Shown piece after piece: positions 1-12,700 of a DNA stretch of 64,000 nt. How positions within the stretch are numbered: position 1 is the first letter of the stretch; the number at the start of each line of letters is the position of its first letter. This DNA comes from Lophium mytilinum (lineage: Eukaryota). Made by a program: the position numbers and the translations under genes. The stretch is taken from NCBI GenBank assembly GCA_010093605.1, contig MU004181.1:2170001-2234000 (forward strand). Reading direction: 5' to 3'. The notes under the pieces are model-generated. The model was not told the DNA's origin, did no database searches, and worked only from the letters and a program-made list of their open reading frames with translations.

Positions 1-506
1 GCAAGACTGAAGCTATTGGAGGCCGTGATTTCATGTTTTATATTATAGGTTCTATGATTAGTATTCTGTTCGTTTCTGCTTGAGAGTGTTGCAGTGGATA
101 CGCCAATGTTGATACACTTGGAGTATAAGCAGGGTATCAGTAGATGAACGTTCATCCCTCGAAACTCAGAAAGTAGGTCCAAAAACAGCTTCAGCTTTGA
201 TGTATAGAGGCGCTTCGTACGTAAGAAAATATATTTACTGATCGGAAGGTAATGCCGACATGTTCATACGTAGTAGTTCTCTCGAAAACTTCGTTCAGGC
301 AATGGGATATTGTATGAGCACACCATTTGTACATACTGTTTGCTTCATTGCAGCCAGGAATTCTGTAATCAAAGCTACTACTTTACATAGGCGGCGAGCA
401 TGCGTGAAATGGGCGCAAATCCAGCTTCGCTACCATCTCAACACCAAAATGATTTTCGCAATTGCTTTGGCCTTGTTGAACCACCGATTCGTAAACTCCC
501 AGCGCG

Positions 507-567
507 TAAAGTCAGGTGGTCTTGGTGTCTGGGGGTCTGGGGTTCTGGGGTTCTGGGTGTCTGGGTG
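507..567. repeat. Degenerate 8-bp tandem repeat (GGGTTCTG/GGTGTCTG-like, about 6-7 units)
   Basis: ggtggtcttggtgtctgggggtctggggttctggggttctgggtgtctgggtg, just past the stop of the minus-strand gene. Confidence 0.6.
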
Positions 568-618
568 CCTCCCTACCGTCTAGATACCTACCGTAGTTTC
601 GCGATGCCGGGAAACGAT

Positions 619-1626
619 TTATTTCTGCACAAAGGCCGGCCTGCGTCGATTGAGATTCTTCTTTGACGGATTCTTCTTTGATGGCACTTGGCGAAGGAAG
701 CGTTCCGATATGGACGCATTCTGGCATCTTGGAGCTAGATGACCAAACATGTTGCAGTGAATGCAGCGGCCCCCGACTTTCTGAGCTACAGCTGCTTTCA
801 GAGATTCCAGTGTCCAGTTGGCATTTACAATTGGAGAGCCATCAAGGGTATGGAGGAAGATATGTGGACCCAGCGAAGATTGAGTGAGGGCCTTGAGAAT
901 GGTGACAGCTAGCATGTAGCTTGCCTGATTACCTGCGTTGTGGAACCATAATGGCTCAATCCCGTATTGTTCGAGCAAGCCAGAGAGTGAAACAGGAGCT
1001 TCAACTGGAAGCGGACCCACCGCAGCCTCTAGATCTTGCAAGTTGAGAACCGCCTCCACGGTAGACAGCTCCGAAAGCGTTATTCCTACCCTTCCAAGAT
1101 ACTCTCCCGCCTCTTGGTGACCGTTGATGACGAGGACGATTTTGCGGTAAGACCTAGACCCACGCGGATGGTCATCCATGATGTGAAGCGCGTTCCATAT
1201 CTTGTCTCCAAGTGCAGCCCTATCCACACTCTCACTTTTGCCGAACTCGAAGTCCTTCGCGCATGACAAGGGGTGGCCCTCGGACATTGCAGTTGTGAAG
1301 ATTGTTCGCCATTCGGTGATCCTGATATGTCTGCTCCGTATATTCCTGATCCAACCAACTCCAGAGACGCTCGGGTGGATTTCACGGATGTGGCGCATGT
1401 CCAGCGTTGAGATCCCGACTTCGACGACTGCATTCTGCGCTTTCCCGGTAGCCCAGGATGCGTACTTGATGTACATGGCGATGAAGACCACGTCGGAGTG
1501 ATTACTAGAAGGAGCAGTCAGACCCACATAGAAATAGGCTTGCCCTCTGACTTCACGTACAGGGAAGTACCAAGTCCCATCAGGTTCTGGAGCAATTCTT
1601 CTGGCTCGAGGCCGGTGTCCTGTGAT
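619..1626 (-). CDS. QIP/Gfd2/YDR514C-like DEDDh-family exonuclease-like protein with C-terminal CCHC zinc knuckle (last exon; upstream exons possibly to about 2390, unresolved)
   Basis: Family motifs DVVFIA..., VEVGISTLDMR, IRSRHIRI, DFEFGKSE, RKIVLV..GH, HNAGN.A.Y; CIHCNMFGHLAPRC at 724-765; frame open to a gctgac...ctag acceptor at about 1627. Confidence 0.75.
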   Translation of the reverse strand: MTGHRPRARRIAPEPDGTWYFPVREVRGQAYFYVGLTAPSSNHSDVVFIAMYIKYASWATGKAQNAVVEVGISTLDMRHIREIHPSVSGVGWIRNIRSRHIRITEWRTIFTTAMSEGHPLSCAKDFEFGKSESVDRAALGDKIWNALHIMDDHPRGSRSYRKIVLVINGHQEAGEYLGRVGITLSELSTVEAVLNLQDLEAAVGPLPVEAPVSLSGLLEQYGIEPLWFHNAGNQASYMLAVTILKALTQSSLGPHIFLHTLDGSPIVNANWTLESLKAAVAQKVGGRCIHCNMFGHLAPRCQNASISERFLRQVPSKKNPSKKNLNRRRPAFVQK

Positions 1627-2685
1627 CTAGAAGTAGTTCGCCCGTCAGCCATGATCCTTCAGTTAATTCCTGGCGTTTGTAGTGGCTGGTTCTGGCTAGG
1701 GCTTTTGGCACGACAGCGCTTGTAGGGGAGGAGACGAGTCGTTTCGAACTATCCATGCTACCACAGACAGATTGTTTCCACACGTAATTTCCGGGTCTCG
1801 GCTTATCGGCGGCCGCTCCGGCACAAACCGATTTCACACGGCTTAGACTACTGATTTGTGATTCGTTGAGGGAGGCTGAGGTGAATGTTGAATGAAGCAC
1901 CCCTACTCACGTGGCTTAGCCCCAACTATGTCTAGCATATTGTTGCTTCCGTCTCAACAGGCTTCCGGCGTGTCGATGAGATCCGTTTCATATAGGGGAG
2001 GTTTTTGCTGGTTGCATTCGGGGCTCTTCATGATGATGATATTTGAGACGAATACGAGGGGGATGTACGAAGCAACAATGGAAACCAAATACACTATGAC
2101 TCATCGCTGCTCTGCTTCAACATATTCCGACCTTGCGCTTTACATTCCTTCCAAGCTACTAAAAAGCATTAGGACCTTTGAACCCTGAATGTTGAGTGAT
2201 CGCAGGGGGATCCGCAATATTCTATGAATTTGAATAGCGCTTCGGCAGACGATGTTCCACGTAAGCGTACCCTTAAGCAGAGGTCGATTCGAAACTGATG
2301 AAGCTGCGTGACTAAGAGTCCTTGAAGATGAAACGAGAGGAGGAGTTGACGTTGGAGGTTTCGACAACTGATGCTAGTGCTCACCATGTAAACTAATCTC
2401 TTTTGGTATCCGCTAGTCTACTATCGGCACCCTGATATGTCTTTTATTTACCACCTCCTGTATTGGTTTCGCGCCACCAGTCATGTCACAGATGGACATA
2501 GCTAATAGGAATTTACGAGGCGGAAGTAGCTCAAGGGATATCATTAATAAGCATATATGGCTCAGTGGCGACTCATCGTTAGCCAAAGCTTGAAAATCTC
2601 TAACATAGTCCCGAGAAACATCCCACCTCCAACATCCAGACTTCAACCCCGCGTCCAAACAACGCTTTTAACATCCACATCCGCC

Positions 2686-3696
2686 ATGCTCAATTTCGGA
2701 ATCATTGGAACAGGCTGGATTACGGCCTCATTCGTCACCTCGGCCCATTCCACTAAGAAATGGCAATTGCGTGCCGTCTACTCCCGCAATTCTAGCTCCG
2801 CCTCGGACTTCTCCTCGAAATTCTCCTCTGATGTTGCGGAACCCATAAAATCACATACAGAGCTATCAGAACTCGCATCCGACCCCGAGGTCCAAGCTGT
2901 TTACATTGCTTCTCCCAACTCACTTCACTATGCCCACGCAAAGCAAATGCTTGAGGGCGGGAAACACGTGATCCTCGAAAAGCCCGCGACATCAACATCA
3001 GCGGAACTGGACTCTCTCTTCGCGCTTGCCAAGTCGAAGAACTTGTTCTTGATCGAGGCGTTCCGACATTTGCACGAGGTGAACTTCAAGATCTTGAAGA
3101 AAGAGCTGAGCCGGTTGGGGCGTATCTTCGGTGGGAGCCTGAACTACGCCGCGTACTCAAGTAGATACGATAATGTGCTCAAGGGGGAAGTGCCAAATAT
3201 TTTCAACCTCGATTTCTCGGGAGGCTCGCTTGTGGATCTGGGAGTCTACCCCATCAGCGCGGCTATTGCGCTCTTTGGGGCCCCAAAGTCGAGCTCGTAT
3301 TCCCCTGTCATGATTGCGACGGGCGCAGACGGTGGAGGGACTATCCTGCTACAGTACGACGGCTTCACGGTGTCAATTCTGGCGAGCAAGATCTACACAA
3401 GCACCGCGCCGAGCGAGGTATTTGGGGAGAAGGGAACACTGAGCGTGCCGACGATTACGGATATCGAATCGGTGAAGTTCCTAGATGCAAAATTGAAAGG
3501 AAAGGCGACAGAGTTAGGGGGTAAGAGATGCGACTTGAATCTGAAGGAAGAAGCAGAATTGTTCGCAGGAATCATTGAGGGAGCAGACTGGGCTGCTGCT
3601 AAAGAGCTAGAGGCGCTGAGCCGGGCCGTCATTGAGGTGACTGAGAGCTGCAGGAGAGCAAATGGATTGACCTTCAAGGTTGAGAAGGGTCAGTAG
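2686..3696 (+). CDS. Gfo/Idh/MocA-family NAD(P)-dependent oxidoreductase, intronless
   Basis: MLNFGIIGTGWI Rossmann motif, VYIASPNSLH, KHVILEKP, GGSLVDLGVY; gccATG start context. Confidence 0.92.
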   Translation: MLNFGIIGTGWITASFVTSAHSTKKWQLRAVYSRNSSSASDFSSKFSSDVAEPIKSHTELSELASDPEVQAVYIASPNSLHYAHAKQMLEGGKHVILEKPATSTSAELDSLFALAKSKNLFLIEAFRHLHEVNFKILKKELSRLGRIFGGSLNYAAYSSRYDNVLKGEVPNIFNLDFSGGSLVDLGVYPISAAIALFGAPKSSSYSPVMIATGADGGGTILLQYDGFTVSILASKIYTSTAPSEVFGEKGTLSVPTITDIESVKFLDAKLKGKATELGGKRCDLNLKEEAELFAGIIEGADWAAAKELEALSRAVIEVTESCRRANGLTFKVEKGQ

Positions 3697-4498
3697 GATG
3701 GACGCATGAGAAAGCAAGGGGTCTGGATCAAGAAGTACAATACCAACAATCCACCGTTGTCGAATTACCTAAAACTGAAAAAGGAAGCCTACTAGACTTG
3801 TTACTCACAGTACAAAGGCTCAATCTAGCATCGTGAAAAGCCCCCTCCAGTTTGAGTGTATGGCGTATAGCCGAGCTCTGTTGTACAGGGTAGCTGTGTG
3901 TGAGTGCCCTAGGTTGCTCTTATGGGTGCTGACAGCAATGCCGCCATAAGCCAAGAATACAGCAGATGGAACAAGATTATGTGATTAACAGGTAGGAAAG
4001 CAGGTATCAAGGGGATGGCTTTCTATCTGCGTCCCTCGTCGGCAGTGAACTTTTTAGTCTCCATATGCGTCAAGAAGCACTCAGATCCGTGGCTAGCTTG
4101 TAATTGTCAAAGTTGAGATCCTTTGAGGTCTACAGCTTTCTAATTCTATTCCTAAGGAGTGTTACTGTGCGATATGGGAGGACCGGTGATAATGCGACTG
4201 GCCGATGACAGAAGGTCTCGACGCCAAAGCCGTCACCTACTCGATTACCACTGCCCCCGTGGACTTCACGTGAACTTCTTCCCTTCCTGCTGAAACGGAA
4301 AACACACGGCAGATGGCAGATGGCAGACACAAATGTCTCATCTTGCTTCGCATGTACCCGACAGTGGACCATGCCCGCCGAACTACCTCCAACCCAGGAT
4401 CTCATTCTTCTACGAACTTCTCTACGACACCGGCAGATTCGAAGACGAGTAGGATGGCGATAAGTAACCTTTCGTCCTCTCCAATGGCGACGCAACTA

Positions 4499-4528
4499 CA
4501 GCACCTATATGCGTCCGGTGGCCTAGCG
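4499..4528 (+). repeat. Left TIR CAGCACCTATATGCGTCCGGTGGCCTAGCG
   Basis: Reverse complement of 14372-14401 at 28/30 positions. Confidence 0.9.
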
Positions 4529-5719
4529 CTGGCGTAAAGCCACGAACTAGCTAAATATAGAGGTTCCTCCAACGCGCCTAGAGTAGCTAATTCTGGCCTT
4601 GCGGCTCTTAGTAATATTAAAGCTTAATATTAGCTAGTTCCGTATAATTGTAATAGAGGCGTATATAGGCTAGCTATCCCCCTCTTTTTAGTAGTGTTTT
4701 CCTAAGAACTAAATTAGTACCTAAGTTTTCTTATAGCTAAGCGCCCGCCTAACCTTAATTATCGCGTAGAGCATATTAGTAGACTCTAAGAACGCGCTAG
4801 AAGGCTAGAAAATAGATATCTAGGTATTATTTTACTAGATTTAATAATAGTAGTAGTTATAAAGAAAGAGAAGAATTATAAGAGAGATAAGAAATAATAA
4901 AAAAGAAAGAAATTAGCTAAAAATATAGCTAAGCTTATAGCTAAGCTATTAGATAATATATATATATATAATATAGCTATCGCGCTATATATATATCTAT
5001 CTAAAATTACTACTTTTACTACTAAATTATAGATAATTAGTATTAATTATTAATAATCTTAGATATACCTATTTTTTCTACTTATTTTACCGCTTAATAC
5101 TATGCCCCCTCTTAGGCCTTACTATCTACCTGCCTTCTATAATAAATAGGGGTACTATAGCGCCTACTCTAGGCCTAGCCCTTCTCTAGATCTTTCTTAA
5201 ATACTATAGAACTAGCTATCTACTCCCTCTTTCTTAGAGAATATAATAGAAGCTTTTAGCTATATACTAAGCTCTAGTAGCTCTAGCTATATATCTAGTA
5301 GCGGTGTATTTATATCTATAGCCTCTAATTTCTTTTATACCTTCTCTAAGCGCTTTATATCTTCTCTAGGCTATAATTTACCTTTCTAGTATATCTAAAT
5401 CCCTTTTTAGGTATTAATTTCTTCTTCTCTAATATACTATAGTAGTATACTTCTATCTATATTACTATCTCTATTACTAACTATTTAAATATAGTATAGC
5501 TCTTACCTTACTATATATATAGTCTTAATTATCTTAATTCTATTTAATTAAAGCTCTTTTACACCGCTAGTATACTATAGTTAAGATAGCTTAGTAGTAT
5601 TTCTATACTATATTTACTAGTAGTAGTAGTATAAGGCTACTAATATATATAGAGCTATATAATATATAATCTATAATATAGAGAAATAGTAGTAGGCTTA
5701 TAAGAATTTTAATTTATTC

Positions 5720-6465
5720 TACTAGTAGTATAATTCTTAGCCTATAGCTATTCTATATAAGCTCTAGTATTTAATAAAGACTTTCTATAACTATATAGTA
5801 CTTTTCTACTAGTAAATTTCTACTATACTTAGTACTGCGCTATCTACTATATATTGCGTCTACTAGAAGCTATAGACTTCTAGTTAATTTAGCCGCTATT
5901 AAAATAGAAAGATCTATAGAACTTTAGCTAGAAAGTATCTAGTAGACTTTCTTACTAGCTATTTATAGGCTTAATTTATTACCTATATAGAATTTAGCTT
6001 CTATACTAGAATTACTACTAGTATAAGAACTATTAGATAAATACTTAATTAGAAGGGCTATACTTACTATATAGCTATTTCTAAGCCCTATCTTAATATA
6101 AAATACTACTAAGATTATCTTACCTTTACCTAGGCGTATACTTATTAGATAATAGCTAACTAGTTGCATGTTATATAGATAGATAAGGCTACTAGTATAT
6201 TAAAATTAGTATTAAAAACTATTAAAATCTATATATTTTAGGCTAATATTAAGGTAGTATACTAAAAAGAGTACTAGCAGCTATTTATTATATATAGGCT
6301 AGGTAAATAGTAAAGCCTTCTACTTTTTATAAGAAGATCTATATACTAATTTACTAGGTATAATATTAACTACTTAAGGCTACGCTTTACTAAGGTACTA
6401 TATATAATAATTTAGGGCTATTTTACTAGTAATAAAAAGAGGCCTCTTATTATTTAGAATAAGTA
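5720..6465 (+). pseudogene. Tc1-like transposase, 5' part (RIP-ed; start approximate)
   Basis: One frame gives KPYL..., N*LHVI*IDK (reverse-RIP reading DWLHVIWTDE, first D at about 6182) and II*GYF...RPLII* (MIWGCF...GPLVIW); HTH-like segment near 5800-5860. Confidence 0.85.
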
Positions 6466-6700
6466 TATTAGGCTTATAGCTAGAAAGGAGTTGTATTTCT
6501 ATTAATAAGGTTGCGTAGAGAGGAGAGAGGCTCCGGCTACGGGCCTGCTACGTAGTTGTGTGCGCGCCGGTAGAACCCCGGGCGCCGGTAGAACCCCGGG
6601 CGCCGGAAGAACCCTTAGCCTAGAGATTACGTAACGTCTATGCACGTAATAACCCCTAACCTTAATAACTACTAAGAGAATACTAAGGAATAATATAATA
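6466..6700. repeat. 3' LTR (235 bp)
   Basis: Direct repeat of 13425-13659; ends TATTA...TAATA fit RIP-ed TGTCA...TGACA. Confidence 0.93.
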
Positions 6701-9700
6701 TGTGCCCCCCCTTTTAAAAACTAAGCTCCTATAAGGACTATAGAAAGACTTACTATTAAACTTATATATTAGATAGCTAATATAGGTGTAGCTCTACGTA
6801 TAGATAGAGCGTGCTAATAAAATTATGCGGGTAGGCGTCCTTAGTTAAATTAATTCTACTATCTAATAACGGCGCAGGATCTTAGGTTATACTAGACTAT
6901 TACAATAATATAGTAATGTTCCGGAGGTTCTACTATATAGGTAGAGTCTAGTCCTTTAGTTTAATAAAGTAAGCGGGCAGTTTAGGCTTCTATAGGCTGC
7001 AATAATAGAAGTTAAAGACTTTATAGAGGCAGCCTTTAAGGTTTCTAGATAGTTACTAGAACCTATATAGTTGTGCACTACTAATATAGTAAACTTTATA
7101 CTGTATATTATTGTTCTTAACACGTAAGTTAATAATTTAAGCGACTGTAAATTCTTCCACGGGTTTATTATTATCTTTACGCTAGATTAGCTCTAGTAGT
7201 AGTATAGGTTCCGGCCGATCTTAGCCTTTAATAGGTTTAGAAGTGTCCAGCTATAGTAGTAACGGGTGGAAGACGTTATAGATCTTAGTATTAGATAGTA
7301 GGTCTAATTAGAAAGCTGCGCCCTAATTAATAACCTTATTAACGCGGAATAGGCCTATAAACTTGTTGTTAAGCGCCTTCTTAGCGCGGTTAAGCTTAAT
7401 ATTCTTAGCGTTAAGCCAGACTATGTTATTAACGCGTATATCTACTGCGGCATCTTAGTAGCGGTTAGCTTAGTAAGCCTGCTCTTTTTAAGCCTAAATA
7501 ATGCAGTTCTATAAGTAGACCTTAATGTCCTTTAGGCGTTGGGCTATATTATTAGCTAGCTCCCGTTTAATTTCCTTGTTCTTAGATATCTTCTTATCTT
7601 TAATAGTAGAAGGCTTAAGCTCTAAGTAAGGGGTATAGCTATAATTAGTAAAGAATAGTAATAGTTCTATTATAGCTAAGATATAGGTATTAGCCACTAG
7701 TTCTATAGAGAGTAATAGGTTATACTAATTATTCTATATATAGTTAATATAGGCTTATAGGTACTTCTTTATATTAGTATTGGCAATTTTAGTTTACCCG
7801 TCTATTTCTAGGTAGAAGGCGGTAGACGTATTAAGCAACAATTATAACTAATAATAGAGGTATCGCTAGAACTTAGAAGTAAACTGCGTGCCTAGATTAC
7901 TTATAATAGACTCTAGTAGTCTATAGAGTTAGTAGATCTATTAGAAGTAGACCTTAGTAAGCTTATCTACTTCTAGTAAGGTAACGGCAAGAAAGTAATA
8001 TTCTTTTAAGAGTCTATTAATTACAACTAGTATATATTAGTACTTGCGGCCGTAGCGCTTATAGATAGGTAAGTTAACTACGTAGTCTATAGCAATGTTA
8101 CGCCAGCGATAGAGAGGAACGGGCAAGGGGCGTAGAAAGCCCTGCTTGGCGAAGTTAGACGGCTTAATATTATAGTAACGCTGACAGGCATTAATATATA
8201 TTGTAATTAATTTAGTAAACCTAGGCTAGTAGTAGTTAGAATAAATCTATTATAGGTAATCCGCGTAGCCCCCGTATCCTGCGCTAGTATAGTTATAGCC
8301 CAGCTATAAGATTCTTAGCTAGAGTATAGCGGATTATAGTATAAATAGTTACCTAGAGTCCTTATAGAGAACCTATAGTTTATTATTAGTAACCTCTAGC
8401 TCGCTTATTAATAGCTAGACGCGCTTATTCTTTAGAATATTGCGCGGAAGTTTTTAATTACTACATTATTTAAGCGCTATAATGCAGTGGACTAGATAGT
8501 TATCTAACTTATTATCTAGATTACTGCCGCCTTTCTAGAATATAGCTTTATTAGCGTTGTACGCCTCCTTAATAAGCTTATAGAGGGGTCTAGTATAAGT
8601 AGCGTTTATAACGCCTGTAGTGCGCAGATAGAGATCCGTTAATACTTCTAAGGCAATATTCTTTATTTTAATTACGGTCTATTATTAAAACAGGAATCGT
8701 TTATTATTATTAGATTGCGGAAGGTTCTAGCTGCAACGCGTAAGACTATCCGGTTTAGTTTCTAGGCGGCCAGGCCGGTATATTAGAATGTAATCGATTT
8801 CTAAGAGAATCTACAGCTAGCGCATCTATTACTAGTTAAGCTATTGCGTAGTTATAAAGTATAATAGATTTTAGTAATCTATTAGTACCTAGATAGAGTC
8901 TTAGTATCTATTACCTTAGCACTATAGTTCCTATTTCTTAAAGGTAAGAATAACGGCGAGCAACTCTTTATTATAAATCTTATAGTTGCACTCCGCCGGT
9001 GTTATCTTATAAGAGTAAAAGGTAACTAGGTGCTATATTCTATTGTTGTGGAGTTATAAGAATACGCCTGCGGCGATGTAATTAGATACGTCTATTTTAA
9101 TACATAATTTCCGGTTAGAATTAAAGTACTTAAGATAGGGTGCGGTAGTAAACGCTATTTTAAGGTTGTTAAAAGCTTTCTAGTAACCCGACGTCTATTT
9201 AAAATAGATGCGCCCGTCTAGTTCTTTCTATAAGAGGTTAGTAAGCGGCTTATATAGTTGCGAGAAGCCCTGTATAAATTACCTATAGAAGTTAGCTAAG
9301 CCTAAAAAGGCCTAGACGTCCTTAAAATAGGTGGAAGTAGCCTATTTAGTAATAGCCTTAACTTTCTCCTGGTCTATTTTAACGCCCTCGGTTGTAATAA
9401 TAAGGCCAAGGTATTTAATACACTTAATAAGGAATTCGCATTTATTAATATTAAGGTATAGGCCGGCTTTGCGCAGTTAGTCTAGTACCTTTTATACGTG
9501 CGCGATATATTCTTCTTCTATTCTATCTATAAATACTAGTATATTGTCTATATAGGCTAAATAGAAGTTATTTAAATACTTGCGGAGAACGTTATTAATA
9601 AACGTCTAGAAGGTGCCGGGGCTGTTATATATGCTAAATCCTAAGACTTTAGATTAGAATATTCTATATTGTATAACAAAAGCCGTTTTCCATTTATTAC

Positions 9701-12700
9701 TAGGTTTAATGCGGACGCGGTTAAAAGCCGAGATAATATCTAGCTTAGTATACTACTTAGCTTTATAGAGGCGGTTAAGCGTCTTCTATATAATAGGAAT
9801 TAGATATTAATTCTTTACAGTAATAGCATTAAGGCCGCGGTAATTAACGTAGAAGTAATAAGTTCTATCTGGTTTCTTAACTAATAGCATAGGTGCGTGC
9901 GTAGAAGAATTACTATTCTTAATAAAACTATTACCTAGAAGCTTCTAGAGTTTATTATAGATAATATAGTTCTTTTCCTTAGACACGGCTCTAGTCTTGT
10001 ATTTTAGTAGTAGAGCGTCTAGTTAGAGGAGAATTACGTAGTTATAGTTATAGTGTAGAGGTAGGTTTCCTGCTTCTTATTGTAACTACATATTAACCTA
10101 AGGGTGGAAATATTTATCTAATTATTTCCGCAGCTTATTAAATAAATACGTTCTGCACTTCTTTATAAATTTATTATATTTATTAATAGATAGCGCGTGG
10201 AGCTTAAGCGTTCTGTTATCCTCTAGGACGCTAATAACGTGCCCGATCGCGGGCGTATTAAATAAGAAGTTATCTAGCTTAGATATAAACTCTAGTCCGT
10301 GGATCTATATAAGGTTCTTAGGCTTAGCGCGTTAAATATAGTGTTCTATTAAACCGATAGATATTGTAAATAAGAATATAGACTAAAGCTTATTAGGTCT
10401 AGCGGCGTAAGATAGAGCTCCTTTATAGTATATCTTAGCTGGTACGCTATTGTAATAGCAGTGTAGATTACAATATTATAATTAATAAAAGTGGAAGCTT
10501 TTCTTAATAAAGTTAATCTCTAGATTATAAGTTTCGTGCTAATTAGTTCTAAGGACTATAGGTATGTGGCCTAAGTCTATAATATAGTAGACTAGCTGCT
10601 CCGCATAGAAGCCCATAGTAATATTAATAATTACCGCGTGTATAATAGATTAGGTGGAATTAGAATTATTAATATATATTAGGTGTTGGGGTAAATTAAG
10701 GGGAATTTAATAGATTTTATGTTTGCGCGTAAATAATTAATTAATAAAAGAAGATATTGCACTATTATTAGAGAGAGAGTAAGTATAAATAATTTAATTA
10801 CTATCTAAGGCTATAGAATAAGGAAGCAAGTACTAACTACCTTTCTTTAGCTAGAGCTTTATAATGTCGTGCTAAGTACGCGTAATAGCCGTTGCGGAAA
10901 TATAAAGTTCCGGCTAGTTCTTATTATTCTTAATATACTCTAGCACCTCCTGTAGCTAGAAGGGCGTGTTAAATTATAGTAGAGGTTCCACTACTTTTAT
11001 TCTATACTTTTTAGGTGTTCTGTATTTAGTGCCCCTATAACAGCTCTTATATAATTTCTAGGCCTTCTTACTTAGAAGGTCGTCCGTGGTGGAAACTAAG
11101 TCGCCGCACTTAAAGGAAGTTAGTGTAGAATAAGGGGTAGATAATAGGGTTAATAATAGAGTGGATAATAGGGTATATTTATAATTAATTATAATAGGTC
11201 CTTAGGCGCGACTATGCTTAAGGACTACTTATTTTCCTAGCCGGAAAATATAGTGTTAGTGGCGTATAGAGGGAGGCCGCTAGTTATCTAGATAGAGAAG
11301 TTTTAAAGAGGGCAATTATTATTAACAGCGCGGTAACTAATGCAGCGGCAATAGTTACACGCGCCCGCTGCGCGCGTTCTCTCTTTATTAGCTTTAGTAA
11401 GCTTGCTAATACTCTAGATATACGCCAGTTTATCTACTAGATTTATAGCGCGCAAATGTTATTCTATACTAGCTGCGGCTATAATAGTAGGGGTGCGTAG
11501 AGTACTTATAGTAGTTATTAAAGAAGTTATTATAGTTATAGTTGTTATGTTAGTACCTGTAGCAGGCGTAGATAAGTAGCCGCTACGGCCGTAGCCCCGG
11601 CCGCAAGTAGATTAAGTAGTTATTGTAGAGGTTATTATAGCCTAATAAGGCTAGAAGATAAGGGTATTATACTTCTTAGCCTGCTAGAAGGCTATATCCT
11701 ATATATCTATAGTATAAATATATTATATAAAGTTATTAAAGCAATTATATATTACGCTATTAACTAGTTTAAATTATAGGTAGGGTATAAGGCGTGTCTT
11801 AAATTAGTAGATAAGCTTAGCTAGTCCCTAGTTAAGGTTGCTAATAATATTAAGAAAGCAGTTATAAAAGGTTATAAATAAGTTGTTGCCTATATAGAGA
11901 GTCTTAAGTTGTATTAGCGCTTTAGCCTTAATATTATATTTGCTATAGCCGTTATTAAGAGAGTAGAGGGCGTTAGTCTTATTATAGATAATCTAATTAC
12001 GGCGCTATACCTAGATACGCTTAAAGGGTCCGCCTAATAGAACGCTCTTAATATAGTTAAGCTTATAGTTGTCCGTCTTATTAGAAAAAGCGTGGCGAAT
12101 CTTAGCAAGGACCTTACTACGCTAGATTAGGTATGCGTCTAGGTCCTCTCTATTAAATATAACCGGGTCCGGCCAGCAGTAGATGCGCTAGTAGGATATT
12201 AATAATAGTGGCTAAGTATATAGTAGAGTATAGCTATTATAGTAGCTATTATTATAATATTAGTTATCTAAATATTTATTATATAGAGAGGCGGAGCGGC
12301 GGGTTTAGTCGCCGCTGCTATAGAGGTTCGCGTTTAGAGCAGGAGGAGTATATCTAGGCTCCGCGTAAGTATTATTATTATAACTATTACAACTGTAGTT
12401 ATTAGGCCTACCTAGAGGTTATCCTCTAGCCCCGCCGTTTATCCGCTAATAGTTAACGTTGTCGTCGCGCCGCTTATTATTATTAAAACGAACGGGTCCT
12501 TTAGACATCTTAGCAGGCTTTAACTATTATTACTAGAGGTTGTACGCGTGCGCCTAAGCAGCCTAGAGATTAAGCTTAGAATTATTAAGCTAGATCTTTA
12601 GGTTGCTAATAACCTTATCTATACTATTAAACCGCTTATAGAGGTTTATAGACATATTCTTCTATTCCTCTAAGCCGGCGCCGTAGTTATTAATACAGAT

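Noticed and set aside
2557..2685. N-terminal extension of the oxidoreductase ORF
   Set aside because: The Rossmann fold starts at ATG 2686, which has the better context; the extension has no independent support
6650..6666. Telomere-like taacccctaaccttaa in the LTRs
   Set aside because: Only about two imperfect units; TAA is readily produced by RIP
5963..7697. Short ORFs 5963-6169 and 7509-7697
   Set aside because: Antisense to the RIP-ed transposase and a fragment of RIP-ed integrase respectively; not independent genes
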